Part shown: piece after piece, positions 34,900 through 48,039 of the stretch
Position numbering within the stretch: position 1 is the first letter of the stretch
How the letters are laid out: each line of letters begins with the position of its first letter
NCBI GenBank assembly: GCA_002269645.1
Contig: NIVC01001346.1
Location: 1-64,000, forward strand
Reading direction: 5' to 3'
DNA length: 64,000 bases
Source: Macrostomum lignano
Taxonomy: Eukaryota
Position numbers and translations under genes: made by a program
Notes under the pieces: model-generated
The model's database searches: none
The model's input: only the letters and a program-made list of their open reading frames with translations
Told to the model about the DNA's origin: nothing

Positions 34900-36110
34900 T
34901 ATCAGATTCCATCAAATCATATGCCACCCTATCAAATCATATTCAACCCTATCAAATCATATGCCAGCCTATCAAATCATATGCAACCCTATCAAATCAT
35001 ATTCAACCCTATCAAATCATATGCCACCCTATCAAATCATATGCAACCCTATCAAATCATATTTAACCCTATCAAATCATATGCAACCCTATCAAATCAT
35101 ATTTAACCCTATCAAATCATATTTAACCCCATCAAATCATATGCAACCCTATCAAATCATATTTAACCCTATCAAATCATATGCAACCCTATCAAATCAT
35201 ATTTAACCCTATCAAATCATATTTAACCCTATCAAATCATATGCAACCCTATCAAATCATATGCAACCCTATCAAATCATATGCCACCCTATCAAATCAT
35301 ATTTAACCCTATCAAATCATATGCAACCCTATCAAATCATATGCAACCCTATCAAATCATATTCAACCCTATCAAATCATATGCAACCCTATCAAATCAT
35401 ATGTAACCCTATCAAATCATATGCAACCCTATCAAATCATATGCAACCCTATCAAATCATATGCAACCCTATCAAATCATATGCAACCCTATCAAATCAT
35501 ATGCAACCCTATCAAATCATATGCCACCCTATCAAATCATATGCAACCCTATCAAATCATATGCAACCCTATCAAATCATATGCCACCCTATCAAATCAT
35601 ATGCCACCCTATCAACCCATATGCCAGCCTATCAAATCATATTTAACCCTATCAAATCATATGTAACCCTATCAAATCATATGCAACCCTACCAAATCAT
35701 ATGCAACCCTATCAAATCATATGCAACCCTATCAAATCATATGCCAGCGTATCAAATAATATGCAAGCCTATCAAATCATATGCAACCCTATCAAATCAT
35801 ATGCAACCCTATCAAATCATATGCAACCCTATCAAATCATATGCAACCCTATCAAATCATATGCCACCCTATCAAATCATATGCAACCCTATCAAATCAT
35901 ATGCAACCCTATCAAATCATATGCCACCCTATCAAATCATATGCCACCCTATCAACCCATATGCCAGCCTATCAAATCATATTTAACCCTATCAAATCAT
36001 ATGTAACCCTATCAAATCATATGCAACCCTACCAAATCATATGCAACCCTATCAAATCATATGCAACCCTATCAAATCATATGCCAGCGTATCAAATAAT
36101 ATGCAAGCCT
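34900..36110. repeat. 20-bp minisatellite (ATATGCAACCCTATCAAATC), ~60 copies, XPR1 intron 6
   Basis: Direct reading. Confidence 0.97.
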
Positions 36111-36155
36111 ATTCCACTATGCCCCCTCAAGTGCAGTTCCAATCGAGTCACACAC

Positions 36156-36366
36156 CAGCAAAGCTGGCCGTCACAGTAGCATTCCCGGCGGCGGAAGTGG
36201 ATGCAGCCACACCGGAAGCGCCACCGCTCCAACGGACGGCGCCGCTGGCATAGTAGCAGACTCCATAGGCCGAGTCAATAAAAAATACTGACATGCTATT
36301 CAGCTGATCGGCCAGCCAGAAATCTGAGAATGCCACCGGACGAAACGGGGCAGCGAATATGCGGAA
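36156..36366 (-). CDS. XPR1: XPR1 exon 6
   Basis: [30 protein letters not shown] acceptor and phase-1 GTGTGT donor consistent with exon 7. Confidence 0.9.
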
Positions 36367-38053
36367 CTGCAAATACGAATGTGGATTTAGACTGTTCGCT
36401 TTGAGATTGGGATTCTTAGACTTCTGACTGGGATTCTTAGATTTCTGATTGGGATTCTTAGATTTCTGACTGGGATTCTTAGATTTCTGACTGGGATTCT
36501 TAGATTTCTGACTGGGATTCTTAGACTTCTGACTGGGATTCTTAGACTTCTGATTGGGATTCTTAGATTTCTGATTGGGATTCTTCGATTTCGGATTGGG
36601 ATTCTTAGATTTCTGATTGGGATTCTTAGATTTCTGATTCGGATTCTTAGATTTCTGACTGGGATTCTTAGATTTCTGATTCGGATTCTTAGATTTCAGA
36701 TTGGGATTCTTAGATTTCTGATTGGGATTCTTCGATTTCTGATTGGGATTCTTAGATTTCAGGTTGGGATTCTTAGATTTCTGATTGGGATTCTTAGATT
36801 TCTGATTCGGATTCTTAGATTTCTTACTGGGATTCTTAGATTTCTGACTGGGATTCTTAGATTTCTGACTGGGATTCTTAGATTTCTGATTGGGATTCTT
36901 AGATTTCTGATTGGGATTCTTAGATTTCTGATTGGGATTCTTAGATTTCTGATTGGGATTCTTAGATTTCAGGTTGGGATTCTTAGATTTCTGATTGGGA
37001 TTCTTAGATTTCTGATTTGGATTCTTAGATTTCTGATTGGGATTCTTAGATTTCTGATTCGGATTCTTAGATTTCTGACTGGGATTCTTAGATTTCTGAC
37101 TGGGATTCTTAGATTTCAGATTGGGATTCTTAGATTTCTGATTGGGATTCTTAGATTTCTGATTGGGATTCTTAGATTTCTGATTGGGATTCTTCGATTT
37201 CGGATTGGGATTCTTAGATTTCTGACTGGGATTCTTAGATTTCTGACTGGGATTCTTAGACTTCTGACTGGGATTCTTAGACTTCTGATTGGGATTCTTA
37301 GATTTCTGATTGGGATTCTTCGATTTCGGATTGGGATTCTTAGATTTCAGGTTGGGATTCTTAGATTTCTGATTGGGATTCTTAGATTTCTGATTGGGAT
37401 TCTTAGATTTCTGACTGGGATTCTTAGATTTCTGATTCGGATTCTTAGATTTATGAATGGGATTCTTAGATTTCTGATTCGGATTCTTAGATTTCAGATT
37501 GGGATTCTTAGATTTCTGATTGGGATTCTTCGATTTCTGATTGGGATTCTTAGATTTCAGGTTGGGATTCTTAGATTTCTGATTGGGATTCTTAGATTTC
37601 TGATTCGGATTCTTAGATTTCTGACTGGGATTCTTAGATTTCTGACTGGGATTCTTAGATTTCTGACTGGGATTCTTAGATTTCAGATTGGGATTCTTAG
37701 ATTTCTGATTGGGATTCTTAGATTTCTGATTGGGATTCTTAGATTTCTGATTGGGATTCTTAGATTTCAGGTTGGGATTCTTAGATTTCTGATTGGGATT
37801 CTTAGATTTCTGATTTGGATTCTTAGATTTCTGATTGGGATTCTTAGATTTCTGATTCGGATTCTTAGATTTCTGACTGGGATTCTTAGATTTCTGACTG
37901 GGATTCTTAGATTTCAGATTGGGATTCTTAGATTTCTGATTGGGATTCTTAGATTTCTGATTGGGATTCTTAGATTTCTGATTGGGATTCTTCGATTTCG
38001 GATTGGGATTCTTAGATTTCTGATTGGGATTCTTCGATTTCGGATTGGGATTC

Positions 38054-41000
38054 TGTTGTGAATTGAACTCCGGCTGAAGTATTTAACTCATGAGCTTAAG
38101 ATTCTTTATATTTCTTATTTGAAAGAGATCAGAAGGGTGAGCTCTAGGAACTTTGGGCTGGGTTAATTACCATAGAAGAAACTGTAGCGATAGAATGCTT
38201 AGAGGCGATTAGTGCAAACAAACGGCATAGAATAACGAACTTGAACTTATATAAACTATAGTGCATCTCAGTGTGCGATACACCACATGCCCCTCCCTAT
38301 ATTCAGAAGATGTCAATTGGAACAGTGAAGTCGTTTCATGTCGTTTCATTAGTTTCGCGTTTTTTTTCAACCCTCCTCGGATACCAGTTTAAGGCACAAA
38401 GCGCTCAGGAGCGGATCGGTTTCTGAGGCTCCTTCTCAGCTGAACGGCTTCTTCAGGCACGGGTGTCTGAATCCCTGCGACTGGCTCGTTTCCGGTTTCT
38501 GGCACGCTGTTAGTCTCATCTTCGTCCTCCATCTCGAATTCCGATGGCCGGGTGGCCATTGGGGCAAGTTGATTCGTGCTTGCAAGGCGAAGCCCATCGT
38601 CAGCGAGGATCCATGCCGTGTTTTGACCTGCCGTCATCACGAACTTTGCCGGGTTGCCGACTGAGGAGCTGCTTGGCGCATAGATCACGCTGTCACCCTG
38701 TTCGAAGTTGGTCACCACCGGGACTCTGAGTCGCCGTCCAAAAAGAATTTCGGCTGGGCAGCAGCCCCGCGAAGAGGCTGAGTTTCTGTGGTGCAGGAGG
38801 ACCTTTTGCAAGAAGCGGCTAAACTCCATGTGCGTAATTTTTTCAGACCAGGCCCTTAGTGCGGACTTGACGGTCTGAACGGCCCTTTCTGCGGCTCCAT
38901 TCGCCTGCGGGTAATAGGTGGGTGACTCGAGCTTCTTGGCACCATTGGCGCGGAGCCACGATGTGAGCACTTCAGTGGTGAACTCTGGGGCGTTGTCCGA
39001 AACCACCAGCTCGGGGACGCCGAACCGTGTGAATACGGTACGCAGGCACTGAATGACTGAATCAGCTGTGCGATCGCGGCAAGGAAATGCTTCTATCCAG
39101 CCGGAAAAGGAATCCACGATGACCAGGATGTTTCCAGCGCCTTTTACGTATGCCCAGTCCATGTGTACGCGCTGGAACGGATACGTTGATGGAGGCCAGC
39201 GATCCCTGTCGTGGCCGAGTTGAGGCCGAAGCCTGCAGCAGTCTGGACAGCGTCGAACAAACTGGGCAACGTCCTGTTGCATTCCGGGCCACCAGCAGCT
39301 GGTAGACATTAGACTGTGCGCTGCATGCATGCCCGTGTGCGTGTCGTGAATGGCATCGAACGCGGCCTTGCGCAGTCTTGGTGGAATGAAGACTCTTCTT
39401 TGCATGTAGAGTAGTCCATTTTCTAGCGTTAGTTTTTTTGAGACTTTTTTGAACTGCGCTTCTGCCTGGCTGCAGTTTCGCCAATCGCCTTGGCGGACGC
39501 GATTGAGAATTCTCTGGGTGAGCGCGTCTAACTCCATCTCCGCTGTGATTCGTTTAGCGTCGATCACAGGTGATTCAAATGCGATTGAATTAATCGTCTC
39601 GAATGTGGCCTTGTCGTCTGATGAGCTGTCATCGAATCTGAGTCTGGATAAGGCATCTACGTGTGGAATGCTACTGCCACGTGCATACTGAATTCGGTAA
39701 TCAAACTGCATCAGGTACAAGGCCCAGCGTCCGATTCGGGCTGAGGCATCCACTGGGACGCCGGATCCGGAGCCAAAAAGTCGGATGAGCGGTTGATGGT
39801 CTGTGCGTATTGTGAATGGTCGGCCATGGAAGTAGTGCTTCAAGCGTGCGATGGCCCAAACAATAGCCAAGGCCTCCCGCTCGATGTTAGAATAATTGGA
39901 TTCAGCGGAGGACAGGCTACGTGACACGTATATCACGGGATGGCCATCTTGTGTTGCCACGGCGGCGAGGGCTCCTTTGGAAGCATCAGTGGTCAGCGTC
40001 AGTTCCTTTGTCAAGCTGTAGGGCTGGACCACAGGCGCTGAAGCGATTTCCAGCTTTAGGCTCTCGAACGCTTTGGAACACTCCTCCGACCACACGAACG
40101 GAACGCTTGCTTGTCGTAGTCTATTAAGCGGTGCAGTTTTGCCTGCAAAGTTTGGGATGAGGCGGCCGAAGAAGTTTACCAAGCCAAGAAAGTGAGCGAG
40201 CTCTGGTTTATTTGCTGGCGGGCACACATGGCGAATTTTCTCCACTAGGCGATCATCGGGCTGAATACCAGCCGCGGATATTCGGAAGCCCAAGAACGAA
40301 ACCGAATCGCAATAGCTGATGCTTTTCGCTTCGTTGATAGTCACGCGCTTCTCAGATAGACGCGTTCGCACAGCAGCGAGGCGCTTCTCCAGCGTGGGTT
40401 TGTCTGGCGCGTGAATGAGAATGTCGTCTTGGTAGATAAGCAGTCCTTTGATGTCTCCTAGAATGGATTCCATGGTGCGTTGGAAGATGAAGGAGGCGTT
40501 CTTCATCCCCATTTGCAGCCGGTTGACACGATAGAGCCCGCGGGACGTGTTTATTACCGATAGGTCTCTCGCGGCTTCATCAAGCTCGATCTGCCAGTAC
40601 GCCGAACGTAGATCGACTGTGGCGAAAGTTTTGGCGTTCTTTAGCTTGGAGAACATGGTCTCGATGTGTGGAATGGGATATGAGTCTGATTTGATCTTCG
40701 AATTGACGTGCACGCTGTAGTCCGCGCACATGCGGAGAGTTCCATCCTTCTTCTTTACCCACACTACGGGTGAAGCGTTACTAACCGGACCCTCTGTTGG
40801 CTCGATGACACCAAGCTGGTGGAGGCGATCCAGTTCTGCGCTGATTTGGCTTTCTAGGGCGAGTGGCACAGCACGAGCGCGGCAAAATTGTGGTTTAGCA
40901 CCGTCCACCAGTTCCATTCGGGCCTTAACGCCTCGGATACAGGGCAGAGGTTCGATGGCAGTTTTTTCTGCTTGAACATCGCTGGCATGGAAGACACCGT

Positions 41001-42395
41001 CAGACTCGAGGAGGTCGCGGCCAAGCAACCCGTACGTCTTTTCCGAAGAGACTACAATCAGTTCCACTGGTTGAAGGCGTCCTCGTAGCTCCACAGTTGC
41101 AGTCACTTTGCCAAGCGATTTCATGACGTGCCCGTCGAAGGCCTCCAAGCGCCGATTGGAACGCATGAGTGGTGGCTTACCCAGTAGAGCCCACTGCGCA
41201 CTGGAGAGCACGGAGACCGATGCTCCCGTGTCGATCTGCATTTTGAAGGGCTTATCGTTGATGGGCACAGTCTCCATAGATACTTCAATCGAATTGAGCG
41301 CATCGATGAGATGCAGTACGTCTGTTTTTTGTTGGGCGGAATCTGAATCCTCCTCACAAGTAGTCGTGTAGTGCATGGATCGAGACTTACAAACAGTACT
41401 GAAGTGGTTTTTCTTTCCACACTTGGAGCAGCTTTTTCCGAAAGCCGGGCATCTGCCTTCAGGGTGTGACTTGCCACAGTACCGACAGGCGCTGATTGTG
41501 CGACGAGAGCTTGCATGCTGCGATGTCTCAGGCCGACCGGATTGAGCGTAATGAAGGGTGGCTTCGTAGGTGCATGGTGTTTTAGATTGGCCGGTTGCCT
41601 TGTCCATCTGCCTGGCGACGAAGCCATCGACTTGCTCTAGGTTGCGTATGAAGTCCGTGATTTCTGAGACGGACATCAGTTTCAGCTGCATTGCTTCGAG
41701 TACGCGCTGCTGCTCCCGGCTATCGCGCAGTCCTGCGATGAGTGCCGTACTGATTAGCTCCTCGGAAGGGCTTCTGCATGCCTTGAGGTCGTCGAACTTG
41801 CAGTCAGTGGCCGCCTGGCGGAGACGACTGACGAAATCAGAAATGCTTTCTCCTTGCAGTTGTTGCGTCTTGAAGAATCGCGCGCGCTCAGCGATTATCA
41901 GTTTCTCTTTGGGGCGCAGATACGTGACAAATGTCGTCTGAATATCCTCGAATGAGAGCTCCGTGAGTGGGCGTGGCGACACCAGACTCTGCAGCTTTTC
42001 AAGCGCGGTGAGTCCACAGATAGCGAGAAAGTTGTCAGCGATCGTTTTTTTTCGGTTGAATCAGACCAGCCTTTTGCTCTGGCCAGCGCTTGAAAGGCAG
42101 TCAGCCAAACCTGTGCTCGGTCAGGTTTATCCAGCGGCAGTTCGCCGAGCTGCGACGCCATTGTTGTGAATTGAACTCCGGCTGAAGTATTTAACTCATG
42201 AGCTTAAGATTCTTTATATTTCTTATTTGAAAGAGATCAGAAGGGTGAGCTCTAGGAACTTTGGGCTGGGTTAATTACCATAGAAGAAACTGTAGCGATA
42301 GAATGCTTAGAGGCGATTAGTGCAAACAAACGGCATAGAATAACGAACTTGAACTTATATAAACTATAGTGCATCTCAGTGTGCGATACACCACA
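38054..42395 (-). mobile_element. Complete Gypsy (Mag-like) LTR retrotransposon, 4342 bp
   Basis: Identical 234-bp TG...CA LTRs (38054-38287 and 42162-42395). GATTC 5-bp [20 protein letters not shown]-like TGGCGTCGCAG. Confidence 0.97.
38389..42161 (-). CDS. Gag-Pol polyprotein (Gag zinc knuckle, protease, RT, RNase H, integrase), one frameshift at the A8 run ~42045-42052
   Basis: CRYCGKSH..CPAFGKSCSKCGKKNHFSTVC; IDTGAS; YQDD; TDAS...EREALAI...TDHQPL; H..H..C..C; VHMD, SDN, AERAVQ. Domain order PR-RT-RH-IN. Confidence 0.96.
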
Positions 42396-43139
42396 GATTC
42401 TTAGATTTCTGATTCGGATTCTTAGATTTCTGATTGAGATTCTTAGATTTCTGATTGGGATTCTTAGATTTCTGATTGGGATTCTTAGATTTCAGGTTGG
42501 GATTCTTAGATTTCTGATTGGGATCCTTAGATTTCAGGTTGAGATTCTTAGATTTCTGATTGGGATTCGTAGATTTCTGATTGGGATTCTTAGACTTTAG
42601 TTTGGGATTATTAGACTAGATTGATTATTCTCATTGCGCAGTAGGGGTTTAACTGTAGCGTCTGGAAATGGTTTAACAAATCGCGTGGACAATGACGCAG
42701 TTCCGAGTACATTAAGTTCGTGACTTTATGATAAGCTGTTTGCCGCTTCAAAGAAGCGGAAAGTAAAAGTACCTAACACTTCCGTTCTCTCCAACAGAGT
42801 CCTTTACATTGAAGTGATGGCCAAGCATTCAACTAGGCAGCTTATGAAACTACAATATCTTTGCTTGTCTTCATACGTACGCTCTCCAATAGTACTTCAA
42901 TTTTCTTGACGCAGAGTACTGGGCAGGAAGTGAGGCTTCGATTTATTGAACTAATTTGGCATTCCACTTATCAATCAAGTGTGCAGTAGCGTCTAGCGAG
43001 AAAGCGAACAGTGCGGGCTGGAAAGGCTTAAAGGTTTTTTATTTAGAAATTTTATACCACTCTGTGGAGCTATGAAGAGAGCATTTTCTCTCTGCATACG
43101 AGCGTAGATATTAGATGCGATATTCTCTTTGATTTTTCT

Positions 43140-43855
43140 CCGCCCTTTCCTCTCCGTTCCTCTCCGCTCCTCTCCGCTCCTCTCCGTTCCTCTTCGCTCC
43201 TCTCCGTTCCTCTTCGCTCCTCTCCGTTCCTCTTCGCTCCTCTCCGCTCTTCTCCGCTCCTCTTCCGTTCCTCTCCGCTCCTCTCCGCTCCTCTCCGCTC
43301 CTCTTCCGTTCCTCTCCGCTTATCTCCGCTCCTCTCCGCTCTTCTCCGCTCCTCTCCGCTCCTCTTCGCTCCTCTTCCGTTCCTCTCCGCTCCTCTCCGC
43401 TCCTCTTCCGTTCCTCTCCGTTCCTCTCCGCTCCTCTCCGCTCCTCTCCGCTCCTCTTCCGTTCCTCTCCGCTTATCTCCGCTCCTCTCCGCTCTTCTCC
43501 GCTCCTCTCCGCTCCTCTCCGCTCCTCTTCCGTTCCTCTCTCCGCTCCTCTCCGCTCCTCTTCCGTTCCTCTCCGCTCCTTTCCGCTCCTCTCCGCTCCT
43601 TTCCGCTCTTCTCCGCTCCTCTCCGCTCTTCTCTGCTCTCTCCGCTTCTCTCCGCTCCTTTCCGCTTTTCTCTGCTCTCTCCGCTTCTCTCCGCTCCTTT
43701 CCGCTCCTTTCCGCTCTTCTCCGCTCCTCTCCGCTCTTCTCTGCTCTCTCCGCTTCTCTCCGCTCCTTTCCGCTTTTCTCTGCTCTCTCCGCTTCTCTCC
43801 GCTCCTTTCCGCTCTTCTCTGCTCTCTCCGCTTATCTCCGCTCCGCTCCTCCCTC
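43140..43855. repeat. Pyrimidine-rich ~10-11-bp repeat (CTCTCCGCTC), XPR1 intron 5
   Basis: Direct reading. Confidence 0.93.
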
Positions 43856-44063
43856 TACGTTAACGCCCCCTCCATTCCGCCCCTCCTATTCACTTTTTCC
43901 ACTCACTCTCCATTTTCTCCGCTATTCCTCATTTTCGCTTACTTCCTCTCAGCACATAGATTCGCCCTCTCTATTCCTCCCTCATCTGCCCTCCCTTTTC
44001 GCTTCTCCCTGCCATACCCTGTCCCAAATGATCGCGCACCGCTATATAAAAAATATAATTTAC

Positions 44064-44516
44064 CAGAATCCGGCAGAGCCACCGCCTGGACTTGTGCTGA
44101 CAGACTGGCAGCGGATTCAACAGATAAATGGGCATAAATGCCCAGTAGAGAAAGGGCGCGGCGAAGGGCGGCATGCCGGTCAGCCAGCCGGAGAACACAA
44201 ACAGCTGCAGTGCGGCGCACCAGGTCACAGCCAATATACCGCCAGCTTTGAGAATCTCCATATGATTTAGATGGTGCCTGGGATCGATTTCAAATATTAG
44301 CACGTGATTAACCCCGGCCCCGCGCCAACCGTAGGTGTTCACGCCTAGCAGGCAGATGAACAGCGGCACTAATAGTGACGCTCGGAATAGCCGCAGGCCT
44401 GGCTGCCAAGGCTCGATCCCGGGACCGAGGTACACAATGGCGAGCGTTACTGACAGCGATTGCATTGAGAATATGCCGAATAGAAAGCCAACTAGAAATG
44501 TGGTACCCGGCTTTTC
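44064..44516 (-). CDS. XPR1: XPR1 exon 5 (TM region)
   Basis: EKPGTTFLVGFLFG...GVNTYGWRGAGVNHVLIFEIDPRHHL...SRRWLCRIL. CAG acceptor and GTAAAT donor; 151 codons. Confidence 0.92.
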
Positions 44517-44631
44517 CTGCTCATTTGGGGGTGAGAGAAGGGGCAGGTGAGAGTTCCAGTTCTAGCGTCACTAGCCAAGTGGCCAACATTCACTGTCAGC
44601 ACATTCACGCGGCTGAGGGAGATTAGGTGAG

Positions 44632-45742
44632 GGACACTGAGTGAGGGAGACTGGGTGAGGGAGACTGGGTAAGGGAGACTGGGTGAGGGAGACTGGGTGA
44701 GGGAGACTGGGTGAGGGAGACTGAGTGAGGGAGACTGGGTGAGGGAGACTGGGTGAGGGAGACTGGGTGAGGGAGACTGGGTGAGGGAGACTGGGTGAGG
44801 GAGACTGGGTGAGGGAGACTGGGTGAGGGAGACTGAGTGAGGGAGACTGGGTGAGGGAGACTGGGTGAGGGAGACTGAGTGAGGGAGACTGGGTGAGGGA
44901 GACTGGGTGAGGGAGACTGGGTGAGGGAGACTGGGTGAGGGAGACTGGGTGAGGGAGACTGGGTGAGGGAGACTGGGTGAGGGAGACTGGGTGAGGGAGA
45001 CTGGGTGAGGGAGACTGGGTGAGGGAGACTGGGTGAGGGAGACTGGGTGAGGGAGACTGGGTGAGGGAGACTGGGTGAGGGAGACTGGGTGAGGGAGACT
45101 GGGTGAGGGAGACTGGGTGAGGGAGACTGGGTGAGGGAGACTGGGTGATGGAGACTGGGTGAGGGAGACTGGGTGAGGGAGACTGGGTGAGGGAGACTGG
45201 GTGAGGGAGACTGGGTGAGGGAGACTGGGTGAGGGAGACTGGGTGAGGGAGACTGGGTGAGGGAGACTGGGTGAGGGAGACTGGGTGAGGGAGACTGGGT
45301 GAGGGAGACTGGGTGAGGGAGACTGGGTGAGGGAGACTGGGTGAGGGAGACTGGGTGAGGGAGACTGGGTGAGGGAGACTGGGTGAGGGAGACTGGGTGA
45401 TGGAGACTGGGTGATGGAGACTGGGTGATGGAGACTGGGTGAGGGAGACTGGGTGAGGGAGACTGAGTGAGGGAGACTGAGTGAGGGAGACTGAGTGAGG
45501 GAGACTAGGTGAGAGAGACTGAGTGAGGGAGACTGGGTGATGGAGACTGGGTGATGGAGACTGGGTGAGGGAGACTGGGTGAGGGAGACTGAGTGAGGGA
45601 GACTGAGTGAGGGAGACTGAGTGAGGGAGACTAGGTGAGAGAGACTGAGTGAGGGAGACTGGGTGATGGAGACTGGGTGATGGAGACTGGGTGAGGGAGA
45701 CTGGGTGAGGGAGACTGGGTGAGGGAGACTGGTTGAGGGAGA
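44632..45742. repeat. 14-bp G-rich minisatellite (GGGTGAGGGAGACT), ~79 copies, XPR1 intron 4
   Basis: Direct reading. Confidence 0.97.
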
Positions 45743-45831
45743 CCCTGTGACGCTGTTGATCTACGTTACTTTTAACGAACTTCAATTGTACTTTACTGCA
45801 ACAAAATCTATTTAGGTAACTAGTAAATTAC

Positions 45832-46014
45832 CCTCTCAGTAAGTGGCGGCACCCTCAGCCGCTTCATAGCCGTGTGCCGGTCGCCCCGCTCCAAGTCGCC
45901 AATGTACACCTGTTCAACTCGGTCGATAAACTCCGCCACGTCTTTGCTGACATTGAATCTGGCCGATTCTACGTTTCTAACGCGCCACTGATAGCCGGAT
46001 GAGAGTCCAAATAT
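45832..46014 (-). CDS. XPR1: XPR1 exon 4
   Basis: IFGLSSGYQWRVRNVE...LERGDRHTAMKRLRVPPL. CCAG acceptor and GTAATT donor; 61 codons. Not in the ORF track. Confidence 0.92.
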
Positions 46015-46149
46015 CTGGCGGAGTGGCAGGGAGTGCCAGCAATATTAGGCATATTCAATTGTAGTAAATATTATAGTTACACAATGCGGCAAGCTTTATT
46101 GGCTGTTAACATGTTATATATGATTCCACTGTTCCCTCTTTTTTACCCT

Positions 46150-47350
46150 CTTTTTTCCCTCTCCCTCCTCTCAGCTCTTCCCTCTCCCTCCTCTCAGCCC
46201 TCCTCTCTCCTTCCTCTCAGCTCTTCCCTCTCCCTCCTCTCAGCCCTCCTCTCTCCTTCCTCTCAGCTCTTCCCTCTCCATACTCTCAGCCCTTCTCTCT
46301 CCTTCCTCTCAGCCCTTCCCTCTCCTTCCTCTTAGCCCTTCCCTCTCCTTCCTCTCAGCCCTCCTCTCTCCTTCCTCTCAGCCCTCCTCTCTCCTTCCTC
46401 TCAGCCCTTCCCTCTCCTTCCTCTCAGCCCTTCCCTCTCCTTCCTCTCAGCCCTTCTCTCTCCTTCCTCTCAGCCCTTCCCTCTCCTTCCTCTCAGCCCT
46501 TCCCTCTCCTTCCTCTCAGCCCTCCTCTCTCCTTCCTCTCAGCTCTTCCCTCTCCATACTCTCAGCCCTTCTCTCTCCTTCCTCTCAGCCCTTCCCTCTC
46601 CATACTCTCAGCCCTTCTCTCTCCTTCCTCTCAGCCCTTCCCTCTCCATACTCTCAGCCCTTCTCTCTCCTTCCTCTCAGCTCTTCCCTCTCCATACTCT
46701 CAGCCCTCCTCTCTCCTTCCTCTCAGCCCTTCCCTCTCCTTCCTCTCAGCCCTTCCCTCTCCTTCCTCTCAGCCCTTCCCTCTCCTTCCTCTCAGCCCTT
46801 CCCTCTCCTTCCTCTCAGCCCTTCCCTCTCCTTCCTCTCAGCCCTCCTCTCTCCTTCCTCTCAGCTCTTCCCTCTCCATACTCTCAGCCCTTCTCTCTCC
46901 TTCCTCTCAGCCCTTCCCTCTCCATACTCTCAGCCCTTCTCTCTCCTTCCTCTCAGCCCTTCCCTCTCCATACTCTCAGCCCTTCTCTCTCCTTCCTCTC
47001 AGCTCTTCCCTCTCCATACTCTCAGCCCTTCTCTCTCCTTCCTCTCAGCCCTTCCCTCTCCATACTCTCAGCCCTTCTCTCTCCTTCCTCTCAGCTCTTC
47101 CCTCTCCATACTCTCAGCCCTTCTCTCTCCTTCCTCTCAGCCCTTCCCTCTCCTTCCTCTCAGCCCTTCCCTCTCCTTCCTCTCAGCCCTTCCCTCTCCA
47201 TACTCTCACCCATTCCCTTTCCCTTCTCTCACCCCTTCCCTCTCCCTCCTCTCAGCCCTTCCCTCTCCCTCCTCTCAGCCGTTCCCTCTCCCTCCTCTCA
47301 GCCCTTCCCTCTCCATACTCTCACCCATTCCCTTTCCCTTCTCTCAGCCC
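46150..47350. repeat. 23-bp pyrimidine-rich minisatellite (CTCTCAGCCCTTCCCTCTCCTTC), XPR1 intron 3
   Basis: Direct reading. Confidence 0.95.
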
Positions 47351-48039
47351 TTCATTTTCTCCGCTCTAGCCTCTAAAAAAAAAGAAAAAGAGAGCAAAAG
47401 TGAAATTGAATCAGGCGTGGAACCCCCTGTGTACTTTTTAAAGCGGCATACATGCAGCTCCTCTTTTAACAGTCGTGCTTGACATTAGCTAGCCTATCAA
47501 ATAGCTAAGTCAAAACACGGATTCGTGATGCCAGCTGACCTAAAAATACCCAAATGCCCCCAGTATAGAATTAACTTAATTAGTAAAGCACAAAACAACG
47601 GCTCTGAAAAGATCCAGGAAAGTAAAGAAGTACCAGCGCTACTGCATGCAATTTGCTTGCTGCCGCAGAAGAAGAACAGGAAACAGCATTTCCCCGATTG
47701 GCAACACACGAGTACTTGACAGTTTTTCTTGTGTAATACTAACAAAGAACTTATGAGTGTGACTATGTAATGGCTGTCATTATATAGTGCAGATTATACT
47801 ATTTTAACTAATGGGATCGAGGCGTGGATAAGAAATGAGATAAGAGAGCAGAGAGTATTGACAAAGAAGCATCAGATTAGCTAATTAAGCTATTATTCGT
47901 AATTCTAAAACACTTATCCATAACCCAAGGACTTTTTAATATAGATTATACTCACAAATTTTAAAAGCAAAACTTTTCTCTCGAATAAGGGAGATTGAGA
48001 CCGGGATATAGATATGGGAGAAGAAGATTGGGAGAGGGA

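Larger units (their letters stand above)
36405..42600. repeat. 21-bp minisatellite (GATTGGGATTCTTAGATTTCT), split by the LTR element (36405-38053 and 42396-42600)
   Basis: Direct reading. The register is continuous across the insertion. Confidence 0.95.

Noticed and set aside
33949-38061. Long ORFs MDGW..., MQPYQII... and ILRFLIG...
   Set aside because: Stop-free readings of intronic satellites within XPR1 introns.
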